NCBI RefSeq assembly: GCF_036971445.1
Contig: NC_091476.1
Location: forward strand, 168,764,001-168,828,000
DNA length: 64,000 nucleotides
Direction of reading: 5' to 3'
DNA from: Narcine bancroftii
Taxonomy: Eukaryota
Shown here in pieces: positions 1 through 11,737 of the stretch. Below the pieces are notes generated by a model, which saw nothing but the letters and a program-made list of their open reading frames with translations, was not told where the DNA came from and ran no database searches. Each line of letters opens with the position of its first letter. Position 1 is the stretch's first letter. A program made the position numbers and the translations under genes.

Positions 1-290
1 GAGGAACACCTCGCATTCCATCTGCGCACTCTCTAACAGAACGGCGTTAGCATCGACTTCTCTGGTTTCCATTACCACCCCCACCCCCCCTCTCCATATC
101 TCTCCTCACGTCTACTTTTCTCTCGCTCTCTCTTCCCTTTTCCCTCTCTCCTGTCCTCTTAGCCAATTAACTCTTTTTGGCGGTTTGTACTCCTGAGGTA
201 GGGCTCAGGCCTGAAACTTTGGTTATATATTTTTAACTCCTGCAAGACGCTGCAAGACTGGCCGAGTTCCTCAGCATCTTTTTCTCGCAG
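1..290 (+). mobile_element. Penelope-like element 3' fragment (GIY-YIG tail plus pLTR)
   Basis: Translates as EEHLAFHLRTL*QNGVSIDFSGF, like the PLE C-terminus at 56190-56260. It ends in the GCCGAGTTCCTCAGCAT terminal motif shared with the other copies. Confidence 0.7.
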
Positions 291-379
291 GAGGTAACTC
301 CCATAGGCCAGTGAGGGTAAGCCAAAAATGGAATCTTGGTTGGGGGATACAAGGTCAAAACCAAAGGCAGACTTCTCAC

Positions 380-460
380 CTTGGCAGTTTTTTTCTCAGT
401 GTTCCTGCTAACAAGCAGTGGATGATCATATTTCAACAGAGAGTCTATCGGGGGGATCAT
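380..460 (-). CDS. DNALI1: Dynein axonemal light intermediate chain 1, first coding exon; gene continues beyond the window start
   Basis: MIPPIDSLLKYDHPLLVSRNTEKKTAK matches the human N-terminus as I recall it (MIPPADSLLKYDTPVLVSRNTEKRSPK). ATG at 460, 81 nt, donor AAG|GTGAGA at 379. Head-to-head with SNIP1 as in human. Confidence 0.93.
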
Positions 461-623
461 CTTTGTTGTTCGGTCTCTCACGGTTTGTCGGTCTATACTA
501 TTCTTTCCTTCCTTCTTTTTCTTGCTCTTCCTCCCTCTCCCTTTATCTCTAGCTGTCTTAGTTTATCCTCCTCTCTCCCACCCTCTGACCCGATTTATAT
601 CTTCTCCCAATCTATCCTGTTCA

Positions 624-654
<31 letters not shown>

Positions 655-769
655 TCAACCTATTCTGATTTGCTCCCAATCTATGCTGTTTTCTTAGTCC
701 CTCTCACCTGCTTTGCCCAGCCCTCTCACTTTCTCCATTGTGCCTTCTCTTTATCAATCCCAGTCCTGC

Positions 770-1575
770 TCTCTCCCTCCCCTCCTCTCTCCCCCTACCC
801 CACTGTCTCCCACGGCCCCTTCTCTCTCCCTCTGTCTCCCTCCCTCCTCTCCCCTCGACGTCTCCCTCCCCTTCTCTCCCTCTGTCTCTCTACCTCCTTC
901 TCTCTCTCTCCCTCTCCCCTTCTCTCCCCCTCCCTCTCCCCTGATCTCCCTCTGTCTCTCTTCTCCCCCTCCCTCTCCCCTTCTCTCCCCCTCCCTCTCC
1001 CCTGATCTCCCTCTGTCTCTCTTCTCCCCCTCCCTCTCCCCTTCTCTCCCTCTGTCTCCCTCCCTCCTCTCCTCTCAACGTCTCCCTCCCCTTCTCTCCC
1101 TCTGTCTCTCTACCTCCTTCTCTCTCTCCCTCCCCTTCTCTCCCCCTCCCTCTCTCCTTCTCTCCCTCTGTCTCTCTACCTCCTCCTCTCTCTCTCCTTC
1201 TCCCCTTCTCTCCACCTCCCTCCCCTTCTCTCCCTCTGTCTCTCTACCTCCTTCTCTCTCTCCCTCCCCTTCTCTCCCCCTCCCTCTCCCCTTCTCTCCC
1301 TCTGTCTCTCTATCTCCTTCTCTCTCTCCCCTCTCCCCCTCCCTCTCCCCTTCTCTCCCTCTGTCTCTCTACCTCCTTCTCTCTCTCCCTCTCCCCTTCT
1401 CTCCCTCTGTCTCTCTACCTCCTTCTCTCTCTCTCCCTCTCTCCTTCTCTCCCTCTGTCTCTCTACCTCCTTCTCTCTCTCTCCCTCTCTCCTTCTCTCC
1501 CTCTGTCTCTCTACCACCTTCTCTCTCTCCTTCTCCCTCTCCCCTTCTCTCCCTCTCTCTCTCTCTCCCTCCCCG
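770..1575. repeat. Polypyrimidine (CT-rich) compound minisatellite
   Basis: Repeated CTCCCCTTCTCTCCCTCTGTCTCTCTACCTCC-type modules with very few purines on the + strand. Confidence 0.95.
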
Positions 1576-1616
1576 CACTGTTCTCAGTCTCTGTGTCCGG
1601 CTGCAGCGCTCGCGTC

Positions 1617-1644
1617 GTTTCCATGGTAACGTTACCGGGGAAAC
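1617..1644. promoter_or_regulatory. Two abutting RFX X-box motifs, probable DNALI1 promoter
   Basis: GTTTCCATGGTAAC (1617-1630) and GTTACCGGGGAAAC (1631-1644) match the 14-bp X-box GTYNCC-N2-GGNAAC. They lie in a short CpG-rich segment upstream of a motile-cilia gene. Confidence 0.8.
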
Positions 1645-1669
1645 AGAGAGCGGGACTCCTCCGACACCC

Positions 1670-2560
1670 GGCGGGGGGGGGGGGGGGAGAGGAGGGGGGC
1701 GGGGGGGAGAGGAGGGGGGCGGGGGGGAGAGGAGGGGGGCGGGGGGGAGAGGAGGGGGGCGGGGGGGGGAGGAGGGGGGCGGGGGGGGAGAGGAGGGGGG
1801 CGGGGGGGGAGAGGAGGGGGGCGGGGGGGGAGAGGAGGGGGGCGGGGGGGAGAGGAGGGGGGCGGGGGGGAGAGGAGGGGGGCGGGGGGGAGAGGAGGGG
1901 GGCGGGGGGGAGAGGAGGGGGGCGGGGGGGGAGAGGAGGGGGGCGGGGGGGGAGAGGAGGGGGGCGGGGGGGGAGAGGAGGGGGGCGGGGGGGGGAGAGG
2001 AGGGGGGCGGGGGGGGAGAGGAGGGGGGCGGGGGGGGAGAGGAGGGGGGCGGGGGGGAGAGGAGGGGGGCGGGGGGGAGAGGAGGGGGGCGGGGGGGAGA
2101 GGAGGGGGGCGGGGGGGGAGAGGAGGGGGGCGGGGGGGGAGAGGAGGGGGGCGGGGGGGGAGAGGAGGGGGGCGGGGGGGGGAGAGGAGGGGGGCGGGGG
2201 GGGGAGAGGAGGGGGGCGGGGGGGAGAGGAGGGGGGCGGGGGGGAGAGGAGGGGGGCGGGGGGGGAGAGGAGGGGGGCGGGGGGGGCAGAGGAGGGGGGC
2301 GGGGGGGGAGAGGAGGGGGGCGGGGGGGGGAGAGGAGGGGGGCGGGGGGGGAGAGGAGGGGGGCGGGGGGGGAGAGGAGGGGGGCGGGGGGGAGAGGAGG
2401 GGGGCGGGGGGGGAGAGGAGGGGGGCGGGGGGGAGAGGAGGGGGGCGGGGGGGGCAGAGGAGGGGGGCGGGGGGGAGAGGAGGGGGGCGGGGGGGGAGGA
2501 GGGGGGCGGGGGGGGAGGAGGGGGGCGGGGGGTGGACGCGGCAGGGGGGTGGGGGGGCGT
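1670..2560 (+). repeat. G-run minisatellite, about 20-22 bp unit G(7-9)AGAGGAG(6)C
   Basis: About 40 tandem copies seen directly; strong G-quadruplex potential. Confidence 0.95.
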
Positions 2561-2705
2561 TTTCACTGCTACCTACGGCTCCAGGAGGTGAGGGAAGGCC
2601 GGGATTGTCCCTGTGATGAGCAGCCACTGTTGGGCCTGGGCTGGAGGGTTTGTGGCCGGGAAGGGAATGTATTCGTTCACAGCTGGTCATCATTGTACTT
2701 GTCCT

Positions 2706-5598
2706 TGGTCATGGTCAGTCATGGACTGGTCATGGTCATGGACCAGCCATGGGTCATGGTCAGTCATCGACTGGCCATGGTCATGGACCAGCCATGGGTC
2801 ATGGACCAACCATGGGTCATGGACCAACCATGGGTCATGGACCAACCATGGGCCAAGGTCAGTCATGGACTGGTCATGGACATGGACCAGCCATGGGTCA
2901 TGGTCAGTCATGGACTGGTCATGGTCATGGACCAGCCATGGGTCATGGACCAACCATGGGTCATGGACCAACCATGGGCCATGGTGAGTCATGGACTGGT
3001 CATGGACATGGACCAGCATGGGTCATGGTCAGTCATGGACTGGTCATGGTCATGGACCAGCCATGGGTCATGGTCAGTCATGGACTGGTCATGGACATGG
3101 ACCAGCCATGAGTCATGGTCAGTCATGGACTGGTCATGGTCATGGACGAGCCATGGATCATAGTCAATCATGGACTGGTCATGGTCATGGACCAGCCATG
3201 GGTCATGGTCAGTCATGGACCAGCCATGGGTCATGGTCAGTCATGGGTCATGGTCAATCATGGACTGGTCATGGTTATGGACAAGCCATGGGTCATGGTC
3301 AGTCATGGACTGGACATGGACATAGACCAGCCATGGGTCATGGTCAGTCATGGACTGGTCATGTTCATGGACCAGCCATGGGTCATGGTCAGTCATGGAC
3401 TGGTCATGGACATGGACCAGCCATGGGTCATGGTCAGTCATGGACATGGACCAGCCATGGGTCATGGTCAGTCATGGACTGGTCATGGACATGGACCAGC
3501 CATGGGTCATGGTCAGTCATCGACTGGCCATGGTCATGGACCAGCCATGGGTCATGGACCAACCATGGGCCATGGTCAGTCATGGACTGGTCATGGACAT
3601 GGACCAGCCATGGGTCATGGTCAGTCATGGACTGGTCATGGACATGGACCAGCCATGAGTCATGGTCAGTCATGGACTGGTCATGGTCATGGACCAGCCA
3701 TGGGTCATGGTCAGTCATGGACCAGCCATGGGTCATGGTCAGTCATGGACCAGCCATGGGTCATGGTCAGTCATGGGTCATGGTCAATCATGGACTGGTC
3801 ATGGTTATGGACAAGCCATGGGTCATGGTCAGTCATGGACTGGTCATGTTCATGGACCAGCCATGGGTCATGGTCAGTTATGGACTGGTCATGGACATGG
3901 ACCAGCCATGGGTCATGGTCAGTCATGGACATGGACCAGCCATGGGTCATGGTCAGTCATGGACTGGTCATGGACATGGACCAGCCATGGATCATGGTCA
4001 GTCATGGACATGTACCAGCCATGGGTCATGGTCAGTCATGGACTGGTCATGGACATGGACCAGCCATGGGTCATGGTCAGTCATGGACTGGTCATGGACA
4101 TGGACCAGCCATGGGTCATGGTCAGTCATGGACTGGGCATGGACAGACCAGCCATGGGACATGGTCAGTCATGGACTGGTCATGGACATGGACCAGCCAT
4201 GGGTCATGATCAGTCATGGAATGGACATGGACCAGCCATGGATCATGGTCAGTCATGGACTGGTAATGGTCATGGACCAGCCATGGGTCATGGTCAGTCA
4301 TGGACCAGCCATGGGTCATGGTCAGTCATGGACTGGTCATGTTCATGGACCAGCCATGGGTCATGGTCAGTCATGGACTGGTCATGGACATGGACCAGCC
4401 ATGGGTCATGGTCATTCATGGACATGGACCAGCCATGGGTCATGGTCAGTCATGGACTGGACATGGACATGGACCAGCCATGGGTCATGGTCAGTCATGG
4501 ACATGGACCAGCCATGGGTCATGGTCAGTCATGGACTGGTCATGGACATGGACCAGCCATGGGTCATGGTCAGTCATGGACTGGTCATGGACATGGACCA
4601 GCCATGGGTCATGGTCAGTCATGGACTGGTCATGGACATGGACCAGCCATGGGTCATGGTCAGTCATGGACAGACCAGCCATGGGTCATGGTCAGTCATG
4701 GACTGGTCATGGACATGGACCAGCCATGGGTCATGATTAGTCATGGAATGGACATGGACCAGCCATGGATCATGGTCAGTCATGGACTGGTCATGGTCAT
4801 GGACCAGCCATGGATCATGGTCAGTCATGGACTGGTCATGGACTTGGACCAGCCATGGATCATGGTCAGTCATGGACTATTCATAGTCATGGACCAACCA
4901 TGGGTCATGGTCAGTCATAGACTGGTCATGGTCATGGACCAGCCATGGGTCATGGTCAGTCATGGCCTGGGCATGGTCATGGACCAACCATTGGTCATGG
5001 TCAGTCATGGACTGGTCATGGTCATGGACCAGCCATGGGTCATGGTCAGTCATGGACTGGGCATGGTCATGGACCAGCCATGGGTCATGGTCAGTCATGG
5101 ACTGGACATGGTCATGGACCAGCCATGGGTCATGGTCAGTCATGGACTGGTCATGGATATTGTCCAGCCATGGGTCATGGTCATTCATGGACTTGTCATG
5201 GTCATGGACCAGCCACGGGTCATGGTCAGTCATAGACTGGTCATGGTCATGGACCAGCCATGGGTCATGGTCAGTCATGGCCTGGGCATGGTCATGGACC
5301 AACCATTGGTCATGGTCAGTCATGGACTGGTCATGGTCATGGACCAGCCATGGGTCATGGTCAGTCATGGACTGGGCATGGTCATGGACCAGCCATGGGT
5401 CATGGTCAGTCATGGACTGGACATGGTCATGGACCAGCCATGGGTCATGGTCAGTCATGGACTGGTCATGGATATTGTCCAGCCATGGGTCATGGTCATT
5501 CATGGACTTGTCATGGTCATGGACCAGCCACGGGTCATGGTCAGTCATGGACTGGTCATGGTCATGAACCAGCCATGGGCCATGGTCAGTCATGGACC
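2706..5598. repeat. 45-bp CATG-rich satellite
   Basis: Unit CATGGTCAGTCATGGACTGGTCATGGTCATGGACCAGCCATGGGT with truncated variants. A 315-bp (7-unit) block is duplicated at about 4945 and 5260. Confidence 0.95.
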
Positions 5599-6863
5599 TG
5601 GTGTGCAGGTGGGGGTTGCCGAGACCACCCATTTACAACAGGCCACACTGTGTTCAGGGGCGGGGGAGGCACAGAGCGAAATCCATAATAAAGTGTAGTA
5701 GTGGGGGGGGGTTGTAGGAGAGAAGCAGGGACGAATCTAACTAAACTTGACTGCTTCACACAGAAGGGGCCCATAAGTTTTGAGCAGCGTCCGAGCGGGG
5801 CCATCGCCAAAAATTGGTTAGGTTGAGAATGGCTGGGCAAGACGGTGAGAACTTGGCACAAGGTAGGATGGGGAGGGGGATGGTGAGGGTGGTGGGGGGG
5901 CTGGTGAGGTTGGTTGGGGGGGGGGGCTGGTGGGTCAACTGCCACAGTACCCAAATCAGCCACTTTCAACTTAAAAAAAAATTCGTGAGCTATTGTGCAC
6001 TTTGGACTCTGCTCAATGTTTAAGGGGCCACCTTCCCTGGGACGCAGCTGTTTTAGTTAGTAGCTTCTGTACTTCTATCAACTACATAAAAAAACATTAA
6101 AAATAATTTATGATTTCAGTCCGTGCTGCTCCCTTAAATGTTTTGTCCTTATACATTATTCCTTATCTATGTGCTGTTGTATGTATGAGGCTGGCCCGCC
6201 CACTAGTGACTCATCTCCTTTGTCACCTCCACTTATGAACTGGCCATAAAGGTCGACCTCCCTCCCCCCTTCCGGCATTCCTGTACCTGGATCCTGGCCA
6301 GCCAAAGTCTTGTGTTTCTTGAAGCCTATCATTCCCCCGCTCTCGAGCCTATCACCTCTGTTGGGAATATCTGATCTAAAGCACCCCGCTGGCCATACAG
6401 ATATTATTATTCCAAATGCTCATATCACATCACTTAAAATATATATATATTTTTTTTAAAAAACGCTGGAAAAATTTGTTGTAACTGCAAATACTGGAAA
6501 TTTCAAATAAAATAAACAGAAAATACTGGAATACTCAGCAAGGCAGGTCATGTTTGTGGAAAGAGAAACAGTTAATCTTTCAGGTCTGGGACTCGACGTT
6601 GAAAATGAGAGAGATAACTGCTAAGTGTTTCCAATATTTTCTGTCTTTATTTCAGATTCTCAGCAGGTACAGTTTTCTTTATCAATTTTCAAATCAACTA
6701 ACAAATTAATTTTAGTTTGCAGAAAGATCAATTCAGACACCACTGTGATAGATTAGAAATGTGCACTAATTTTCTCCACATTTTGGACATATTTAAAATC
6801 ATTTTTACTAGTTCTTTGATTTTCCTAAATCCATAGAAATCTAGGTGAACCCTAGAAACTAAA

Positions 6864-7755
6864 TATTAGATATTTAGTTTTTCCCTCAGTCCAAAACGTT
6901 TTATATCCTGGAATTACAAGTAATTTAGTGCAGCCATTCTCAATGCTCCCTCCCCCAACTCGGAGTCCCAGCATAGTTAAGGGCTGCCACGGACTGAAAT
7001 CATCATCAATTTTTTTCTGTAGTCAGTATGAGAGAACTAATCTTGACTGTTTCATGGGAAAGGGGGCCCATAAGCTTTGCTTTAAGTCCTAAAGGGAGCA
7101 AAGGCAAAAAAAAGTGCGTAACCCTTTGGACTCTGGCCATTTTTAACCTTTCATATATACTTTGCACTGTGTCCATGGTAAACTACAGTACGAACACCAG
7201 TATGAACCAGCTGGTGGTTGGGAAAATGGAGAAACGGAGTATATGCGCTTATTGGTAGTCCCTGGAAACAGAGACACAGAGTCCAAAGGGTCAATGTCTC
7301 AAACATGTAATTCAAAGTTCAGATTTATTGTCAGAGTACATACATATTACATACAATCTGAGATCCTTTTTCCTATAGGCCAGGCTGAATTATCACTTAT
7401 TGGTAGTGCAAAAAGAGCATACACATATAAACAAGAAAGAAATATAAACAAATTGACTGTGAAAAACAGAGAGAAATAAAAACCACTGTCTCTTCTGGTT
7501 AAGCATCCATTCTATTAGATATTTAGTTTTTCCCTCAGTCCAAAACGTTTTATATCCTGGAATTACAAGTAATTTAGTGCAGCCATTCTCAATGCTCCCT
7601 CCCCCAACTCGGAGTCCCAGCATATTTAAGGGACTGAAATCATCATCAATTTTTTTCTGTAGTCAGTATGAGAGAACTAATCTTGACTGTTTCATGGGAA
7701 AGGGGGCCCATAAGCTTTGCTTTAAGTCCTAAGGGGAGCAAAGGCAAAAAAAAGT
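6864..7755 (+). repeat. About 250-bp direct duplication (6864-7115 and 7513-7755)
   Basis: Near-identical copies; the second lacks 9 bp. The ORF starts MRELILTVSWERGP are identical at 7028 and 7668. Confidence 0.92.
7305..7490 (-). mobile_element. LINE/SINE 3' tail fragment; same family at about 10700-10905 (+) and 50410-50720 (-)
   Basis: Shared CAGATTTATTGTC...GAGAT(T/C)C...TTATTGGTAGTGCAAAAA segment; the minus strand ends GACAATAAATCTGA. Confidence 0.55.
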
Positions 7756-7989
7756 CAAGGACGGCTGTGCTCTTAGTTCCAAAGAAGTTAACATATTTGA
7801 TCAGTAACACCCATGTATGCTTCGGTTTGGCTTTGAAGAATACTATCAGGATCCCTTGGTGTTGGAAACGTATCCTCTGTTAATATGTAATGTAATAACA
7901 GGTGCTTGTGTACTCTGCCTCCACAATTTGAAGTAATATGAGAAATATTGGCTGAAACAGCTGGATGTATGTTCATAGAATCTTTTGTA

Positions 7990-8245
7990 TCTAGCCTCCG
8001 ATCGCGTGGCCTGGCAGCACGCCATTCACCCATCGGTCTCCTCCTTTGAGGACGTGCACAGGGCTGACCTTAAGGACAAAAGGAGATGGAGGAAGAACCG
8101 TGACACAGCAGCACCAAACCCAGAACAGAATTTTCCTTGTAGCCACTGCAGCCAGGCATGCCTGTCCCGCATTGGCCTCATTAGCCACCAGCAGCATCAG
8201 ACGTGGACAGCCCCCTTCCTAAATCTTTATTTGCAAAGCCAAGCC
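7990..8245 (+). mobile_element. RTE-clade LINE 3' fragment (more diverged)
   Basis: FPCSHCSQACLSRIGLISH zinc-finger tail and the AAGCCAAGCC terminus, as in the other RTE copies. Confidence 0.75.
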
Positions 8246-8464
8246 GTGACTGTCATGGTGTAGAACAAATACAATTTGCACCCTGCAATTTACCAAAGTA
8301 GCATAAAGATAATGACCTGAAAATCTGTTGTGTGTGATGGTCATTGGGGATAAATGTTGATTAGGGTACATGAAGAACTCCTCTGCTCTTAAAAATTTTG
8401 CCATTTTATATTGACATCTAGCAGATAAGCTATTTGGGACCATGGCTTGATGTTTCCTACATTA

Positions 8465-8665
8465 GGGGGCAAGGTTAGCGCAATGCAATTACAGTACTAG
8501 CAACCCAATTCAAATCCTGCACTGTCTGTAAGAGGTTTGTATGATTGCACTGTGTTGCATAGGTTTCCCCCTACGTTCCAAAGATGTACAGGATTAGTAC
8601 GTTACTTGGTCACATGGATGTATTTGTGCGGCATGGGGGGGGTCATATCTCAAAAATTAAAATTA
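8465..8665 (+). mobile_element. tRNA-derived SINE (degraded)
   Basis: B-box-like TTCAAATCC followed by CTGTCTGTAAG.GTTTGTA; similar to the copies at 9105 and 42908. Confidence 0.6.
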
Positions 8666-9104
8666 AAGATTAGATGTTGCATACGATAGTTCAACATTTC
8701 CTCAGTGCCAATTGAACAATAAACCTATATTTTTATGATGCTTTCTCTTGAATTTACATTTGTTTACCAGAGGCAGAGGGTACAAAAGAGTGTTCTAGCT
8801 AAATAGAAGAACTGCCGACAACAGGTCAAAATAGTATTCCGATCTATTTTATTTTAAAACTTTTGCTCTTCAAGAACCTATTGATTTACTCTGTTTTCCA
8901 GTTCCTGAGAAGCACTGACGGAAGATTAGTTAGCTTGGGGGGAAAAGAAGAACCCCTATGAGCAGAGAATGAACTGCAATCTTTCCTTGTTCTATGACAA
9001 AGTACTCCAAGCTCTGATTCCACAGCTGCATTAATCTTGAGTACGGGACTTTGGGAGATGAGAAGATTTTATAGACTATTGATTACTATTCCTGGAAATG
9101 AAAA

Positions 9105-9330
9105 GCGACACAGTTAACATAGTGGTTACAACGCCAGCGACCCAGGTTCAAATCCATCACTGTCTGTAAAGAGTTTGTACGTCCTCCCCATATCTGCATG
9201 GGTTTTCCCTGAGTACGTCAGTTTCCTCCCAGGTTCCAAAGATGTACTGGGTTAATTGGGGGTATTTGGGCAGCCTGGGCCTGTGGGCTGGAAGATCCTG
9301 TTACCGTGCTGATTAAATGCTCCAACACAC
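9105..9330 (+). mobile_element. tRNA-derived SINE
   Basis: B-box GGTTCAAATCC, then CTGTCTGTAAAGAGTTTGTACG and CCTGTTACCGTGCTG; several related copies in the window. Confidence 0.7.
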
Positions 9331-9569
9331 TTTTAAGATGTTGCTGAATAGAACCAAGTGAGCTTGGAGGGAATATGGGAACTGGCAAAGGGGGTCCTGG
9401 TTTATGAAAGGGATTATAGGATCTGGGGTTCCAGTGAACTAAAAGTTCAAGATAATCAGCACCCAGTGAGGAACATGCCAAACCACTGGGATTTCTAAAT
9501 ATGTAACTAGATAGTGGATTATCAGATGTTTATTCTACTTGTCTGCTGCTTTTGTGGCTGTCCGTATTT

Positions 9570-9735
9570 ACAAAAAACCCAACACCCAACCCCAACCAAC
9601 AAATTTTCCCCTGCAGCCGCTGCAACCGTGTCTGCCTGTCCCGCATCGGACTTGTCAGCCACAAACGAGCCTGCAGCTGACGTGGACTTTTACCCCCTCC
9701 ATAAATCTTCGTCCGCGAAGCCAAGCCAAAGGAAG
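9570..9735 (+). mobile_element. RTE-clade LINE extreme 3' end
   Basis: Nearly identical to 33196-33352. Confidence 0.85.
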
Positions 9736-11129
9736 ACATGTAAAATATAATTTGCCAATTATATTACAATAACTGGTGTGAACAATCTGTGACCATTTCA
9801 CAGATTAGGGATTACCAAGAAGTGCAATGTAGTGTTTGATTTCACAGTGGTCAGTTCTCTGTTAATTATGCATCTATCAATAATCTAGAAACCCGATTCA
9901 GGAACAGAAGAACATTAAGTCCTTTACCTAAAAAGCCTCGATATTTATTGTCATGCCTAGTAACCACTTTCAAAGATTGTTGTAGTCATTCTAGGTAAGT
10001 AAGATCTTAACTTGTGATGAATGAACATGAACTAAAAATTCATGAAAAATTCTATGCCGTCATGAGTAAGAGAACAAGAGGCCCTGTGATGAATTGTTCA
10101 AATATTCTAATGGTTGAGAGGAAATGCTGAAGCTGTTTATACAAATTCACACAAGCTTTTATGGATTTCTTGTCAACAAAAAGATTTACAAGTGAATACA
10201 TGCATAAAGAAGGAAAAGATTACACAAGTGGTTTTGGGACAATGGGCTTTGAAAGTGGTTAACAACAAAATATAACCAAATCACCAAGATTCCCCTTTCA
10301 TACCTTGCACAGCTGGAGTTACAATCATCCAGCTCCTCTACTAAAAAGAGGTTATATATTGGTTACCTTGCCATTCAGAAATTGACTAGAGCTCTTCTTA
10401 TTTTATCATGACTATTTAAAAAAATACTTAATTGACTGTAAAATGTTTTGGTCTTCTCTAATTAAAGTTGATAGATAAATGCAGGTTTGTTTTCTCTTTC
10501 GCTTGACATATGCCTAACAATATAAAACATTTTAGAAACTAGATTGCAAAGATCAAAGCATTTTGCCATTTTAATGTTTTATGATTATACAGTTATTAAC
10601 ACATGAAAGACTTTCAATGTTGTGATAAAACATTTTATTTTTGATCTGATGGGATTCAATTTTCAGATTCTCACTGAACTCAACATTAATTCAATCAGGG
10701 ACTCATTTAAGGATTCTTACTTTTGCACTTTATGACTTTTTTTTCCTCTGTATTTTCCTCTGTATTTACATATCTTTATTTGTTTCCATGTGCATATTGA
10801 GTATAATTTTTTGCACTAGTGATAATTGTGCCTCACCCGCTTGAAAAAAAGAACCTCAGGGTTCTATATGATATCATGTATGTACTTTGACAATAAATCT
10901 GAAATGTGACTGTGTGGGTCTTGATTTTGCTGATTTGCAGGTAAAATGACCTGATTTATGGCAGCAGGAGAATGGGAGGCGAGTTCATGGAATCTGAGAA
11001 GTAAAATGATTGTGAAAGATTAGATAGGTTATGTTTAACATAGATTCAATGGACCGAAGGGTCTGTTCCCAATGTGTTGTCACTGAAGGGGCTGTGTGCA
11101 GAGAGAAAATGTCACACTGATGTAAATTA

Positions 11130-11710
11130 TGTAACATTCCCTCATTCCTAATAGTTTTCTGAAGATGGGCTTATATATGATTGTTTTCCCTGCCAGATAA
11201 TATATAAAGAAATAACCAAATATAACGAATTAATAAAGGATTTAGTAATAAAAGTTGGTAAAGCTTGAAGAAAAAAAACAAAAATTTAGATTGAATATTC
11301 ATTGTAATCGATTAATACATCCAGTCAATGTAATCAAAAGTGGTGACCATCCCGATAATAATATTTTAATCTGATTAAGTAATGCTATAAAAATTTCTTT
11401 TATCTTATAACTTTTTGTAAAAATGATTCCGAAATATTGAAACTGATCATGAACTATTTTAAATGAAAATTTAGAATACATAGAAAGAGAGATCCTTTTA
11501 AAATGAAAAAGTTCACTCTCATGTTTTATTTTATATCTTTAAAATTGTCCAAACTGAGTGAACATAGTTAACATATTTGGTTAAAAAAAAACCCTCCAGA
11601 TTTGAAATAAAAAGCAATAAATCATCTGGATAAAGAGATACTTTATGTTCAATTCTATTTCAAATTAATCCTTTAAATTCTCCAGATTCTCAGAGGGCTA
11701 CCCCTAAGGG
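11130..11710 (-). mobile_element. L1/Tx1-like LINE ORF2 fragment, degraded
   Basis: DQFQYFGIIFTK...WSPLLITLTGCIN resembles the RT thumb region of the element at 58.5-60.8 kb. Confidence 0.65.
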
Positions 11711-11737
11711 TTCTAGTATTATAATTAAACAGTAAAG

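Noticed and set aside
2706-5598. CATG satellite as a p53 response-element array
   Set aside because: The CATG flanks do not fit RRRCWWGYYY in the consensus unit.
713-5698. Long Pro/Ser, Gly/Arg and His/Gly/Met-rich ORFs on both strands
   Set aside because: Translations of the CT, G-run and 45-bp repeats, open in several frames at once.
9105-9170. tRNA-like B-box motifs (also at 8465 and 42908)
   Set aside because: No cloverleaf can be formed; these are heads of multi-copy SINEs.
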